This document shows, in pieces, positions 37,109 to 46,808 of a stretch of 64,000 bases of DNA; position 1 is the first letter of the stretch; every line of letters begins with the position of its first letter. The notes beneath the pieces were generated by a model. It made no database searches and was not told the origin of the DNA. It saw only the letters and a program-made list of their open reading frames with translations. Position numbers and translations under genes: made by a program. Where the stretch lies: assembly GCA_016776605.1 (NCBI GenBank), contig JADHTB010000009.1, positions 31,453 through 95,452 on the forward strand, in the 5' to 3' direction. Origin of the DNA: Alphaproteobacteria bacterium. GTDB lineage: Bacteria > Pseudomonadota > Alphaproteobacteria > GCA-2731375.

Positions 37109-38188
37109 TTAGTCGCAATCAATGCAGACGCCAATGGGCTTCGACTGCATGATCGAGCTGCGGCCGCGACTCCAGGACGGGATAAAGCACGAGTGGCCCC
37201 CGGCATCGCCGCCGCCCATGACCACCAGAATATCGTCCGGGCTTAATCCCCGGTGCATCTTGCCGGCCTCCACCAGGGGGCTGCCGCCGCCCTCTTCGTG
37301 CTGTTTATCGTACTCGCGCTGCCTATATTTGCCGACCGACTGCATACCTTTGACCGTGCGGGTCGCTTGGCAGAAAAGGAATTCCCGCACTTGTTTCTTG
37401 CTCCAGCCGGTAGAGGCAATAACCCGGACATGCTCCGGCGACAGCACGACAACCGATTGGCCAAGCGTAATACAGCCATAATTGGCCATCGCGTCGGCAA
37501 TGGAGCCCAGGACCTGCTCCGGTGTGTTGCCGCCGTGGTTTTCCACATTGCAAAAACCACCACCCGCGAACACGGTCACGCTGCTGACGCCTGGGGGATA
37601 GTCCAGATCTTCGACCAGCAGGGGCCAGGGATTGCCCCGCGACCGCTCGGCGATACAAAAGCTGAACTTGCCGGGATTGCCCTGGGTCGATTTGTCGGAT
37701 ACGCCCGGGATCATCCGGAACACATTCATTAGGATCAGGCGCACGGCACGGCCGATGGTGGCGTTGGCGCGGTTACCGGGGCCGAACAGGTTCACATCGG
37801 CATTCATGCCGATATCGTCGATCACAGGTCCGCTGACCACCAGCAAGGGCGCCGAGCCCCCCGTACTGGCGGTCGAGCCATGAAAATTGAAGCCCGGTTC
37901 GTTCATCGCCTCGATCGCCGCAACGACGACGGGGAAGAATTCCGGCTTGCAGCCGGCCATGACCGCATTCACCGCCGCCGCGTGCGCTGTGCATTCAAAT
38001 CCCGTGGCCGGATGGGCCGCCAGCACGGTTTCCGGCGGCCGCCCCTCAAACAACAGCATCGCCTCGACGCGCTGCACGTCCGGCGGAACAACCGGCAAGC
38101 CGTCGGTCCAGCCTTGCTCGTAGCAATAGTCGATAGCGGCCAACAGATCGTCCTCGACCTCATGGATCCGGGCTGTCGCGTGCGCCAT
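37109..38188 (-). CDS. Conserved hypothetical protein (~360 aa), co-oriented 43 nt upstream of the UGSC selenoprotein gene
   Basis: Start trimmed to ATG 38188 (GGGAGAT RBS; 'MAHATARIHEVEDD...'), because the track ORF's N-terminus would overlap the divergent TauD-like gene. Good GC3 bias. No family recognised. Confidence 0.45.
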   Translation of the reverse strand: MAHATARIHEVEDDLLAAIDYCYEQGWTDGLPVVPPDVQRVEAMLLFEGRPPETVLAAHPATGFECTAHAAAVNAVMAGCKPEFFPVVVAAIEAMNEPGFNFHGSTASTGGSAPLLVVSGPVIDDIGMNADVNLFGPGNRANATIGRAVRLILMNVFRMIPGVSDKSTQGNPGKFSFCIAERSRGNPWPLLVEDLDYPPGVSSVTVFAGGGFCNVENHGGNTPEQVLGSIADAMANYGCITLGQSVVVLSPEHVRVIASTGWSKKQVREFLFCQATRTVKGMQSVGKYRQREYDKQHEEGGGSPLVEAGKMHRGLSPDDILVVMGGGDAGGHSCFIPSWSRGRSSIMQSKPIGVCIDCD

Positions 38189-38342
38189 GGCATATCTCCC
38201 AACGTTGCGTCCCTGGCAGGCAGAATACACCTTGGCCAAATTCAGTGGGCAAAATTTATAAAGGTGCAAATCCAGCGGCTTTGCCCGATCATATGGCAGC
38301 AATGGGTCGAAATCGACGTTGTATCCTCGGAAAGGAGTTCTC

Positions 38343-39164
38343 GTGAGCATAACCGTCACACCAATCACCGGCGCCCTGGGGGCGGAAATTGGTGGGGTGA
38401 ACGTCGCCGAAGACCTGGATGACGGCACCGTCGCGGCGATCCGCCAGGCCCTGCTGGATCATGGCGTGATCTTTTTCCGGGACCAGACCCTGGACGTGGA
38501 AAGCCACAAGGCGTTCACCCGGCGCTTTGGCGAATTGTTCGTGCATCCCAACTTTCAGTTCGGCCAGGAAAATCCAGAGATGGTGTATGTGCGCCGGGAA
38601 CCGGGTGACGCAAAGGTCGTGGGCGGGGATTGGCATGCGGACACCACCATGATGGCCACGCCGCCCATGGCTGCGATCCTGTACGCCATGGAAGTGCCCG
38701 CGGTAGGCGGTGATACCCTGTTCGCCAATCAATACCTGGCCTACGAGGCATTGTCCGATGGCATGAAGCGGCTATTGGCGCCGCTGCGCGCGGTGCATAA
38801 CGACAGCCGCGTCGCCGGGCCCCAGGCAGGACTTAACGCCCAGCGCGCCAGTCAGATACGCGAGGACGATGCCTGGCGAAAGACCGAAAGCATCCATCCG
38901 GTGGTGCGCAGCCACCCCGAAACCGGCCGGAAACATCTGTTCGTGAACCGGGTGTATGTGCACAATTTCGAGGGCATGACCGTGGCCGAGAGCCAGCCGC
39001 TGCTGGATTATCTATATGCGCACGCGGTCCGGCCCGAATTTACCTGCCGCTTTCGCTGGCGGCCCGGCTCCATCGCCTTTTGGGATAACCGCTGCGTCCT
39101 GCACCTGGCGGTGCATGACAACCACGACGACGCCCGCCACATGCGGCGCACCCAAATCGCCTAA
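38343..39164 (+). CDS. TauD/TfdA-family Fe(II)/2-oxoglutarate dioxygenase
   Basis: GTG 38343 after AAAGGAG. 'DWHADTTMM' HxD motif. Collinear with the paralogous gene at 27587. Confidence 0.75.
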   Translation: MSITVTPITGALGAEIGGVNVAEDLDDGTVAAIRQALLDHGVIFFRDQTLDVESHKAFTRRFGELFVHPNFQFGQENPEMVYVRREPGDAKVVGGDWHADTTMMATPPMAAILYAMEVPAVGGDTLFANQYLAYEALSDGMKRLLAPLRAVHNDSRVAGPQAGLNAQRASQIREDDAWRKTESIHPVVRSHPETGRKHLFVNRVYVHNFEGMTVAESQPLLDYLYAHAVRPEFTCRFRWRPGSIAFWDNRCVLHLAVHDNHDDARHMRRTQIA

Positions 39165-39275
39165 TATCCATAGGCGAAGTTTATTTTGGACGTATCTAGT
39201 GGGAGGGCTGGATCGTATCCTGTCCGGACAAAATCGGCCGACACCGTTTTAAACTTTTAAATCAGAAGACTGACC

Positions 39276-40112
39276 ATGGTGAAAGATATCAAACACATTC
39301 ACAGCTATTACTCGCCGAATGATTTGTATAACAAAATCATTGCGGGGCTTAACAAACTTGGCAAGGATTTGTCGCAGGTCACACTGGATGATCTTCAGCC
39401 CGTGGATGAATTTCATATCCGTGGCGATACCGCGACCAAAGAACTGATTAAACTTTCCGGTTTTACGCCAGACATGCATATCCTGGATGTGGGCTGCGGC
39501 ATCGGCGGTTCCACACGTCGTTTGTCACATGAAACAGGTTGTCGCGTAACCGGTATAGATTTGAGCGATGAATACATTGATACCGCGCAACGATTGACAC
39601 AATTGCTCAACATGCAGGAACGGGTAACGTTCCATGCGGCCAGTGCGCTGGCACTGCCGTTTGACGACAATGCCTTTGACGGCGTCTGGTCGCTGCAGAT
39701 GAACATGAATGTCGATGATAAGCTGTCCTGGCTAAAGGAAACCTATCGTGTTCTCAAACCCGGTGGGCGGGCGGTTTTGTATGAAGTATGCGGCAATAAA
39801 AATACGCCGCTGTATTTTCCGGTGCCATGGGCGCAGGACAGTTCCATGAGTTTTCTGGTGCCGCCGGAATCCTTCCGCGATGTCATAACATCCGCCGGTT
39901 TTGATATCACTGTCTGGAATGACAAGACCGGCCTTGCACGGCAGGCCTTTGCACAAGTGAAGGCGCCTGTGGGCGAGCTGAACCTGCCGGTACTGGGCGT
40001 CTATCTGCTGGTGGGTAACGATATCAGCACCAAGGCCTATAATCTGCATCGTAATCTTGATGAAGAACGCGTCAGCCTGATCGAGACCGTAGCGGTAAAA
40101 CCTGATTTTTAA
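39276..40112 (+). CDS. Class-I SAM-dependent methyltransferase
   Basis: 'ILDVGCGIGGSTRRL' motif I, plus post-I acidic and motif II regions. The gene body is markedly more AT-rich than its flanks. Confidence 0.75.
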   Translation: MVKDIKHIHSYYSPNDLYNKIIAGLNKLGKDLSQVTLDDLQPVDEFHIRGDTATKELIKLSGFTPDMHILDVGCGIGGSTRRLSHETGCRVTGIDLSDEYIDTAQRLTQLLNMQERVTFHAASALALPFDDNAFDGVWSLQMNMNVDDKLSWLKETYRVLKPGGRAVLYEVCGNKNTPLYFPVPWAQDSSMSFLVPPESFRDVITSAGFDITVWNDKTGLARQAFAQVKAPVGELNLPVLGVYLLVGNDISTKAYNLHRNLDEERVSLIETVAVKPDF

Positions 40113-40322
40113 AGCCGCTAGAGCGGTTCGTACCGCGTAATTGACCGGTCGCGATGTCTTGTCGTCCGGGTTCAAGTTTGCGACGATGCACGCACGAATG
40201 CGACGAGGTCGATTGGCGTGTCGCGCGAAGCAGCGTTAATTTGCGCGATACCGTTACCATGCGCACCGTGGCCACGAAATACACCACGCACCAAATACAC
40301 CACGCACTGGGGAGATCCGACT

Positions 40323-41072
40323 ATGCCGATATACGAAAACGGTCCCGTGAAGATTCATTACGAGGAGGCCGGCTCCGGCTTTCCGCTGCTGGTCATTCCC
40401 GGCGGCGGTCTAAATGCGACCATAGCCGGGCTCGCTAACCATGCCTTCAATCCGCTGGAGGAATTCAGCGACACCTATCGCGTCGTCGCGCTGGACATAC
40501 GCAACGCCAATGGCGGCAAGACGGAGGGCCCGCTCGAAATCGAACGGACCTGGGACGGCTTCGTCGACGACCAGCTCGGCCTGATGGACCATCTCGGCAT
40601 CGACCGGTTCATGGTGATGGGCTTCTGCATCGGCGGTCCGATGATCTGGAACCTGCTGAAACAAGCAGGCGACCGGGTCGTCGCCGCCACGCTGGTGCAC
40701 CCGAGCGGGTTTACCTCCAGCCATCCCGACATCTACTATAACAACAACATCAACGGCTGGGCGCCCGCGTTCATTAAGCGGCGGCCCGAGATCACCATGG
40801 AGATGGCCTCGGAATTCCTCAACAACATGTACACAAAGCGGGCGGATTTCGTGTTCACCGTCGACCGCGACTTCGTTCGGAATTGCCAGACACCGGTGCT
40901 GGTCCTGCCGGACGACATACCGGCGCACCCCTATGCGACGGCGATGGAGACGGCGCTGCTGGCGCCGAACGCGCAGGTCAGCCTCTATCCCTGGAAAGAG
41001 AACGACCGAAAGATCGCGCTCGCCTTGCGCCACATCCGCGGCTTCATGGCGACGAACGCCCCCGCAGTCTAG
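40323..41072 (+). CDS. Alpha/beta-fold hydrolase
   Basis: ATG 40323 after GGGGAGAT. 'LLVIPGGG', 'VMGFCIGG' nucleophile elbow (Cys/Ser-type). Confidence 0.65.
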   Translation: MPIYENGPVKIHYEEAGSGFPLLVIPGGGLNATIAGLANHAFNPLEEFSDTYRVVALDIRNANGGKTEGPLEIERTWDGFVDDQLGLMDHLGIDRFMVMGFCIGGPMIWNLLKQAGDRVVAATLVHPSGFTSSHPDIYYNNNINGWAPAFIKRRPEITMEMASEFLNNMYTKRADFVFTVDRDFVRNCQTPVLVLPDDIPAHPYATAMETALLAPNAQVSLYPWKENDRKIALALRHIRGFMATNAPAV

Positions 41073-41866
41073 AGCAATTCGTCCAGAAACGCCCGCAACG
41101 TCGCGCTGCATTCGCCGGCGTGGGAGAACGGCAGTCCATGGCGGGCATGGGGGAAAATCCGCAGCCGCGCATTGGGCAGCAGCGCATGCAGATCCGCCAT
41201 GATGGGCACCGGGATGAACGGAGAGGAATCCGGGTGCATCAGCAGAGTCGGCAGCACAACGTCAGGTAATTGTTGGCTCTGGTCCGTACCCACGAGTGTT
41301 TTCAACAGAGCCAGTACGGTGGCCGGGTCGGCGCTGGCCTGTTGCGCGCGGTACCAGGCCGATACCGGTTCCGCCAGGGCGCCGTCGAAAAACCGATGGG
41401 TCATCATGCGGTCGGACCAGGCGGCCATGCCCTCGCCCTCGATCAACTCGTGCCAGAAATCCAGGTTCTGGATTGTGCCGCCCATATGGGCGCCGTTGCT
41501 GACGGTCAGGCTCAACAGGCGGCCGGGATGTTCGATCGCGGTTTGCAGGGCCACGGTGCCGCCGACGGATTCTCCCACCAAATGAAACCTGGCGCAATCA
41601 ATCCTGTCCGCCAGGGCGATGACATCGCTCACCATGGCCTGGATGGTGATAGCGCCATCGCCCGGCTGAGACTGCCCATGGCCGGGCAGATCAAACGCGG
41701 CCAGGCGATAACGGTCCAGCAAGGCGGGCATCCAGCCCTGCCAACAGCGCCAGTTGGCGCCGACGCCGTGATGGAAAATGATCGTCTCCGGCGCCTCGAC
41801 CCACGGCGCCGTCTGATCGATAATTTCGTAGTGCAGGCGATGTGCGCCGGTATTCAGGTCTGGCAT
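41069..41866 (-). CDS. Alpha/beta-fold hydrolase
   Basis: 'IIFHHGVGAN', 'LVGESVGG' GxSxG elbow. Its stop overlaps the stop of the convergent hydrolase gene by 4 nt at a CTAG. Confidence 0.7.
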   Translation of the reverse strand: MPDLNTGAHRLHYEIIDQTAPWVEAPETIIFHHGVGANWRCWQGWMPALLDRYRLAAFDLPGHGQSQPGDGAITIQAMVSDVIALADRIDCARFHLVGESVGGTVALQTAIEHPGRLLSLTVSNGAHMGGTIQNLDFWHELIEGEGMAAWSDRMMTHRFFDGALAEPVSAWYRAQQASADPATVLALLKTLVGTDQSQQLPDVVLPTLLMHPDSSPFIPVPIMADLHALLPNARLRIFPHARHGLPFSHAGECSATLRAFLDELL

Positions 41867-41868
41867 TG

Positions 41869-42750
41869 TTAGGCGTCTCCGTCGGTTTCCATGGGCAGGC
41901 TATGATCGTTGGCCCATTCCGATAGGGAATTGTCGTAAATACCCACATCGTCATGGCCCAGCAGGACCAGAGCGAAGGCATCCGCCGTGGCCGCGATACC
42001 GCCGCCGCAATAGGTCAGCACTTTTTGCTCCATGCCGATCCTGGCCTCGGCGAACTTGCCGCGCAGGGCGGCTGCATCCAGAAAGGTATTGCTCTCGCGG
42101 TCCACTAAATCCAGTCCCGGCAGACAGACACTGCCCGCAATCCGGCCCGGCCGGCCATAATGGGTTTTTGAGGTGCCCGCGTGCTGGGCCTGGGTCAGGG
42201 CATTGACCACCACGGCGCCCTCGTCAGCCAGCGCGTCCAGCACCGCGTCCCTTGCCACGATGCGGCCGGGCTGGGCCCGGGCGGTAAAAGAGGCGGCGGC
42301 GTACTGGCAGGCAGCCGTATTAGTGGGGCGCCCCTCGGCCTGCCATTTTTGCATGCCGCCATTCAGGACGGCGGCATTTTCGAAGCCAAAGGCGTACAGC
42401 ATCCACCAGATGCGCGTGGCCCACCACATGGTCCCGCCGCTGTACAGCACGATGCGGAAATCATCACCCAGGCCTTTTGCGCCCACGGCGGCGGCAAAAG
42501 CCTCCGCGCCGGGGGTAGTGAAGCGAAAGGCGCCGGCGGGATCGGACAATTCACCCTGCAGGTCCAAATAGCCGGCGCCGGGAATATGGCCGGCCTGGTA
42601 ATCCGCCAGACCGCTTTCAACAGTGAAAACCTTGTCCGGATCGGGCCTTAAATGGGTTGTGCAATCGAAAATCCGCACCTTCGGATCATCCAGATGATCC
42701 GCCAGCCAGTCCGTTTCCACCAAAATTTCCGGTCGCGCGTAGTCGTTCAT
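41869..42750 (-). CDS. Two-domain rhodanese sulfurtransferase (thiosulfate/3-mercaptopyruvate type)
   Basis: 293 aa with tandem rhodanese domains. Catalytic Cys loop 'TYCGGGIAA'. Confidence 0.75.
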   Translation of the reverse strand: MNDYARPEILVETDWLADHLDDPKVRIFDCTTHLRPDPDKVFTVESGLADYQAGHIPGAGYLDLQGELSDPAGAFRFTTPGAEAFAAAVGAKGLGDDFRIVLYSGGTMWWATRIWWMLYAFGFENAAVLNGGMQKWQAEGRPTNTAACQYAAASFTARAQPGRIVARDAVLDALADEGAVVVNALTQAQHAGTSKTHYGRPGRIAGSVCLPGLDLVDRESNTFLDAAALRGKFAEARIGMEQKVLTYCGGGIAATADAFALVLLGHDDVGIYDNSLSEWANDHSLPMETDGDA

Positions 42751-42804
42751 GGCTCGCCTCCCCTGCTATTAACGCTTAGCATAGCGCAACAGGGAGGACG
42801 GGAC

Positions 42805-43794
42805 ATGAAGATTTGCATTATCGGCGCGGGCGCCATGGGGGGGCTGTACGGCGGCCGTCTGGTACTGGCGGGAAAAGACGTCCAATTCATTGAAATCCGC
42901 CAGGCGGCGGTGGATGCCCTGAACAATGGCAGTTACCTATATGACGGCATTGATGGCGAACACCGCATCAAGGCGCCCGCCGCCACCACCGCCGATGCGC
43001 TGCCCCCCCATGGCGCCCGGGCCGATATCGCCTTTATCCATACAGACAGCAACAATACCCGCGCAGCGGGGGAGCACGCCAAGGCGGTGCTGAAGCCCGA
43101 GGGCTGGGCCGTCACCTTTCAAAACGGCGTCGGCAATGTGGAAACCCTGTGCGAGGTATTGGGGGCCGAACGGGTGGTTGGCGGCATCAGCTATCACAGC
43201 GCCGCCTCGCCCAAGGCGGGACATGCCACCCATACCAACGCCAACAAGACCTGGATCGGCGAGTTGGGCGGCGGCGGCAGTGAACGGGTGGAACAACTGC
43301 GCGATCTATTGGCCGAGGCGAAGTTCGATCCGCACATCGCAGAGGACATCCAATCGGTGATCTGGACCAAGTTCATGCTGAATTGCGCCGTCAATCCCCT
43401 GTGCGCCATCACCGGCCTGCGCTCGGGCGAGGTTGGCGGGGATGCGTCGGCCATGCAAATGCAGGAATTGGTATTGGATGAAACCCTGGCGGTGATCGCC
43501 GCCAAGGGCATCGCCCTGACCGATCCCGACCCCAAGGCCTCCATCAAGAAAATTCTGGGCCGGGCCTTTAACAAGCCTTCCATGTTGCAGCATATGGAAG
43601 CGGGCCTGCGCACGGAGATCGATAGCCTGAACGGCGCCGTGGTGCGCGAGGGCGCCGCCCTTGGCATCCCCACCCCCTACAATCACGCCCTGACCATGCT
43701 GATCAAGGCCCGCAACGCCAACATGATCCGGCAAATGCACGAACCGCCCATCGATTACGCGGCGTTGGAGGCGGCGGCGAAGGCGAAATCCTGA
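42805..43794 (+). CDS. panE: 2-dehydropantoate 2-reductase (ketopantoate reductase, ApbA/PanE family)
   Basis: ATG 42805 after AGGGAGGACGGGAC. 'MKICIIGAGAMGGLYGGRL' Rossmann motif and PanE C-terminal domain. Confidence 0.75.
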   Translation: MKICIIGAGAMGGLYGGRLVLAGKDVQFIEIRQAAVDALNNGSYLYDGIDGEHRIKAPAATTADALPPHGARADIAFIHTDSNNTRAAGEHAKAVLKPEGWAVTFQNGVGNVETLCEVLGAERVVGGISYHSAASPKAGHATHTNANKTWIGELGGGGSERVEQLRDLLAEAKFDPHIAEDIQSVIWTKFMLNCAVNPLCAITGLRSGEVGGDASAMQMQELVLDETLAVIAAKGIALTDPDPKASIKKILGRAFNKPSMLQHMEAGLRTEIDSLNGAVVREGAALGIPTPYNHALTMLIKARNANMIRQMHEPPIDYAALEAAAKAKS

Positions 43795-43845
43795 CGCGCC
43801 AAAATCGCGCAAGCAATCAGAGACCATTGGTATAAGAGGAAACCC

Positions 43846-44526
43846 ATGTCCGACGAGCATCTCGCCTATCTCGCGCCAGGTCCCACCGTGGAAAGCGGGC
43901 ATCCCGACATCGTGGCCTTTGCCACGGCCGCCGCCGGGGATGCCGCGACACCGAAGCAGACGGCGATCGCGCTGTATTATGCGGTGCGCGACGATATCCG
44001 CTACAACCCCTATATCTCGGCGATCGAGGTCGAGGCCTTCCGTGCGACCAAAACATTGGCGGATAAGGAAGGCTATTGCGTGGCCAAGGCGATACTGTTG
44101 GCCGCCGCCTGCCGGGCCCTTGGCGTGCCCGCCCGCCTTGGTTTCGCCGACGTGCGCAACCACCTATCAACGGAAAAGATGCGCCAGCGCATGAAAACAG
44201 ATCTGTTCTATTGGCATGGCTATACCTCCATCTATCTAGACGGCAAATGGGTGAAAGCAACGCCTGCCTTCAACATCGGGCTGTGCGAAAAATTCGGCCT
44301 GAAGCCGCTTGAGTTCGACGGCGAGGAAGACTCGATTTATCATACGATCGATGTGTCCGGCAGCCGGCACATGGAATACCTGAATTACCGCGGCGAGTTC
44401 GCCGAACCGCCGCTGGCCGAAATTTACGCAACCTTTATGCGCGAGTATCCCCATTGGCGCGACCGAAGCGCCGCGTCCATCGGCGATTTCGAGGCGGAAG
44501 TAGAAGCGGAAACCAGCACCGCCTGA
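43846..44526 (+). CDS. Transglutaminase-like (papain-fold Cys/His/Asp) family protein
   Basis: 'EGYCVAKAILLAAACR' places Cys in the transglutaminase-core context. 226 aa. Confidence 0.55.
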   Translation: MSDEHLAYLAPGPTVESGHPDIVAFATAAAGDAATPKQTAIALYYAVRDDIRYNPYISAIEVEAFRATKTLADKEGYCVAKAILLAAACRALGVPARLGFADVRNHLSTEKMRQRMKTDLFYWHGYTSIYLDGKWVKATPAFNIGLCEKFGLKPLEFDGEEDSIYHTIDVSGSRHMEYLNYRGEFAEPPLAEIYATFMREYPHWRDRSAASIGDFEAEVEAETSTA

Positions 44527-44548
44527 GGCGGCGCGGTGACTCAAAAAC

Positions 44549-44656
44549 TCTAGAGCGCATTCGAAGAAAATGCGCTCAGACTCTTAAAAATAGGACAATT
44601 GAACCAATCACTTAAGTCGCGATAGCGACTTCAAATAATTGAAAATTTCTCTAACT
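44549..44656. repeat. Copy 3 of the ~104-bp three-hairpin intergenic repeat
   Basis: ctCTAGAGCGCATTcgaagaaaATGCGCTC...AAGTCGCgataGCGACTT...TAATTGAAAATTTCTCTAA. The right end is degenerate. The terminal CTA is the TAG stop of the RidA gene on the minus strand. Confidence 0.75.
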
Positions 44657-45043
44657 AAATACGGCGACGAAATCGCATTTTACCTGGGACGGGCCGGCTT
44701 CGGTTAGGGATTGGGTATGGCGGGCCGGACGGGAATTCTCGTCCGGGAACATTTTTTCCCATTCTTCGTTCAGCGCGCCGCGCCCGGTGGCCGGATCCCT
44801 GATCCAGAAGGTGATCTTGAGAATATCGTCCGGCGAGCCGCCCGCCGCTTCCACCGCGCTGCGCACATGGCTGAAGATATTGACGATCTGCTGGTCCAAT
44901 TCGTCGGGCATCTTATTGCTGGCCGGATCGCGGCCGGCGATCACGCTGGACATCATGATGTTGCCGATCCGGCTGGCGCCCGGAATCGGGTTGGCGTGGC
45001 TGAAACCGGGGAATTCGATGCTTTGACGCTTAGACATGCGCAA
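44651..45043 (-). CDS. RidA/YjgF (Rid family) reactive-intermediate deaminase
   Basis: 130 aa. '...ITFWIRDP...' and the C-terminal Rid signature. Confidence 0.7.
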   Translation of the reverse strand: MRMSKRQSIEFPGFSHANPIPGASRIGNIMMSSVIAGRDPASNKMPDELDQQIVNIFSHVRSAVEAAGGSPDDILKITFWIRDPATGRGALNEEWEKMFPDENSRPARHTQSLTEAGPSQVKCDFVAVFS

Positions 45044-45067
45044 CTAACCTCCACTGCGGAATAGTAT

Positions 45068-45676
45068 TTAATCGTTGCCCACGGCACCAAATACTGGATT
45101 ATCCTGGGTCTCGTCGACCAGGGCTTCCGGGCCTTCGTTGGGCAACGGGCGCACCCAGTTCAGGGCCGCATCGATGTCACCGCCCCATACCTCGCGGGGC
45201 AACTCGTACAACAGTTCGACGCCATAGCCGTTGGGGTCGTGGATATACAGGCTGTGGGTCATGCCATGATCAACCCGGCGGTCGAACTTGACCCCCTTGC
45301 TCTGTAAAAAGGCGAGCTGTTGCAGCCAGGCCTCGCGGCTTGGCAGCGTGATGGCGATATGATTGACCGCGATGGGCATGCCGAACATGCTCCAGTCGGC
45401 GGGCGGTTCCGGCAGTGCCGTATTTTCAACCAGGGCCACATCGTGGTGATTGTCCAGGCCGTCATGATCACCGCTGTAAAAGCGCATCTTCGGCGGGTTT
45501 GGCCGCGCCGCCGTGGCGTGCAGTTCGCCCACCTGATTGAAGCCCAGGATTTCGGTCCAGAACTGGTGGGATTCTTCCAGGTTCCGGACGTTAAGCACTA
45601 GGTGGTTCAGGCCGGACGGCGTCACCGCCTTATGCGGCACGGCCCCGGCTTCGGATTTTGCGTCTGTCATTTGCAT
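45068..45676 (-). CDS. VOC-superfamily protein (glyoxalase/extradiol dioxygenase-like)
   Basis: Start trimmed to the ATG at 45676 (MQMTDAK...). 'LNHLVLNVRNLEESHQFWTEILGF'. Confidence 0.55.
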   Translation of the reverse strand: MQMTDAKSEAGAVPHKAVTPSGLNHLVLNVRNLEESHQFWTEILGFNQVGELHATAARPNPPKMRFYSGDHDGLDNHHDVALVENTALPEPPADWSMFGMPIAVNHIAITLPSREAWLQQLAFLQSKGVKFDRRVDHGMTHSLYIHDPNGYGVELLYELPREVWGGDIDAALNWVRPLPNEGPEALVDETQDNPVFGAVGND

Positions 45677-45885
45677 ATCCCCTGATCGTGAGTTCGTCGG
45701 CAATGATGGGGACTGTAACGGCGGTAGCGGATCGCTGCACCCCAGCAATTACGCGGCCCCATCCCCACGGCCACTGTCCGCGCCGTCATGCTATACCGGC
45801 AAATTACAACTTGTCGAGCCGGCATCGAGGTTCACGTACCGTACGTTTCCATGATCACGGAGCAAGATCCCGTTGCATCGAAAGC

Positions 45886-46329
45886 CTATTCAGAAATCTC
45901 GCCGAAACGTTCCATGATGCGGCGGCGCAGATCGTCGCGGACCTGGCGGTAGGCATCCAGCATAACCTCGCGGCTGCCATCGATGCCGGTTGGGTCCAGG
46001 CTGGGCCAGTATTCCAGATCGACGGCCATGGTGCGGGTCAATTCCACCGCCTTGTGCTGGGCCTCGGGCGTCAGGCTGATGACCAGATCGAACCCGGTGC
46101 CCTGTAGATCATCAAAGGTCTTGGCGTCATGCTGGGAAATGTCGATGTCTATCTCGGCCATGGCCGCGATGGCGAAACCATCGACACTGCCCTGGCGCAC
46201 CCCGGCGGAATCGAAAAAGATCCCGTCACCGAACAGATGCCGGCCCAGTCCCGCCGCCATGGGCGAGCGCACTGAGTTAAAATTACAGGCAAACAGCACA
46301 CTGCCGGGCCGCCGCGACATTGCCATCAA
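45886..46329 (-). CDS. Low-molecular-weight protein-tyrosine phosphatase / ArsC-like (LMWPc)
   Basis: '[15 protein letters not shown]' CX5R(S) P-loop and a downstream DP motif. Confidence 0.75.
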   Translation of the reverse strand: MMAMSRRPGSVLFACNFNSVRSPMAAGLGRHLFGDGIFFDSAGVRQGSVDGFAIAAMAEIDIDISQHDAKTFDDLQGTGFDLVISLTPEAQHKAVELTRTMAVDLEYWPSLDPTGIDGSREVMLDAYRQVRDDLRRRIMERFGEISE

Positions 46330-46799
46330 GTCCTGATCTGCAAAATGCAGACAAGAGTGAACAGGCGCCGGGCGGTTTCGTTGTCGACCACCACCTTGCC
46401 ATCCAGGCGTTCGCGTAACAAATCCGAGCCTTCGTTGTGCAAACCCCGCCGGCCCATGTCGATGGCCTCGATCTTGGAGGGCGAGGCGGATTTGATGGCC
46501 TGAAAATAACTTTCACAAATGGTGAAATAGTCGCGGATAATGCGGCGAAACGGCGTCAATGGCAGCAAAATGCGGGTCAGGGGCGCATCGCTCTCGTCGT
46601 GGATATCCAGGGCCAGGCGGTTTTCCTCCATGCCCATGAGGAGGTGGTAGGGACCGGTAAAATCACCGACCGGCTGAAAGCTGTTGGCCTCCAGCAAGTC
46701 ATAGATCGCCACCCGGCGTTCATGTTCAATATCGGCCGAGCGGCGGATAACCGTGCGCTCATCCAAAGTAATATGGGCGATGCGGTGTGGGTTGGACAC
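46326..46799 (-). CDS. UPF0262-family protein (conserved alphaproteobacterial protein between hisD and the LMW-PTP gene)
   Basis: 157 aa. Position and sequence are consistent with UPF0262. Overlaps the neighbouring genes by 4 nt at both ends. Confidence 0.55.
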   Translation of the reverse strand: MSNPHRIAHITLDERTVIRRSADIEHERRVAIYDLLEANSFQPVGDFTGPYHLLMGMEENRLALDIHDESDAPLTRILLPLTPFRRIIRDYFTICESYFQAIKSASPSKIEAIDMGRRGLHNEGSDLLRERLDGKVVVDNETARRLFTLVCILQIRT

Positions 46800-46808
46800 A
46801 GCCCCGCG

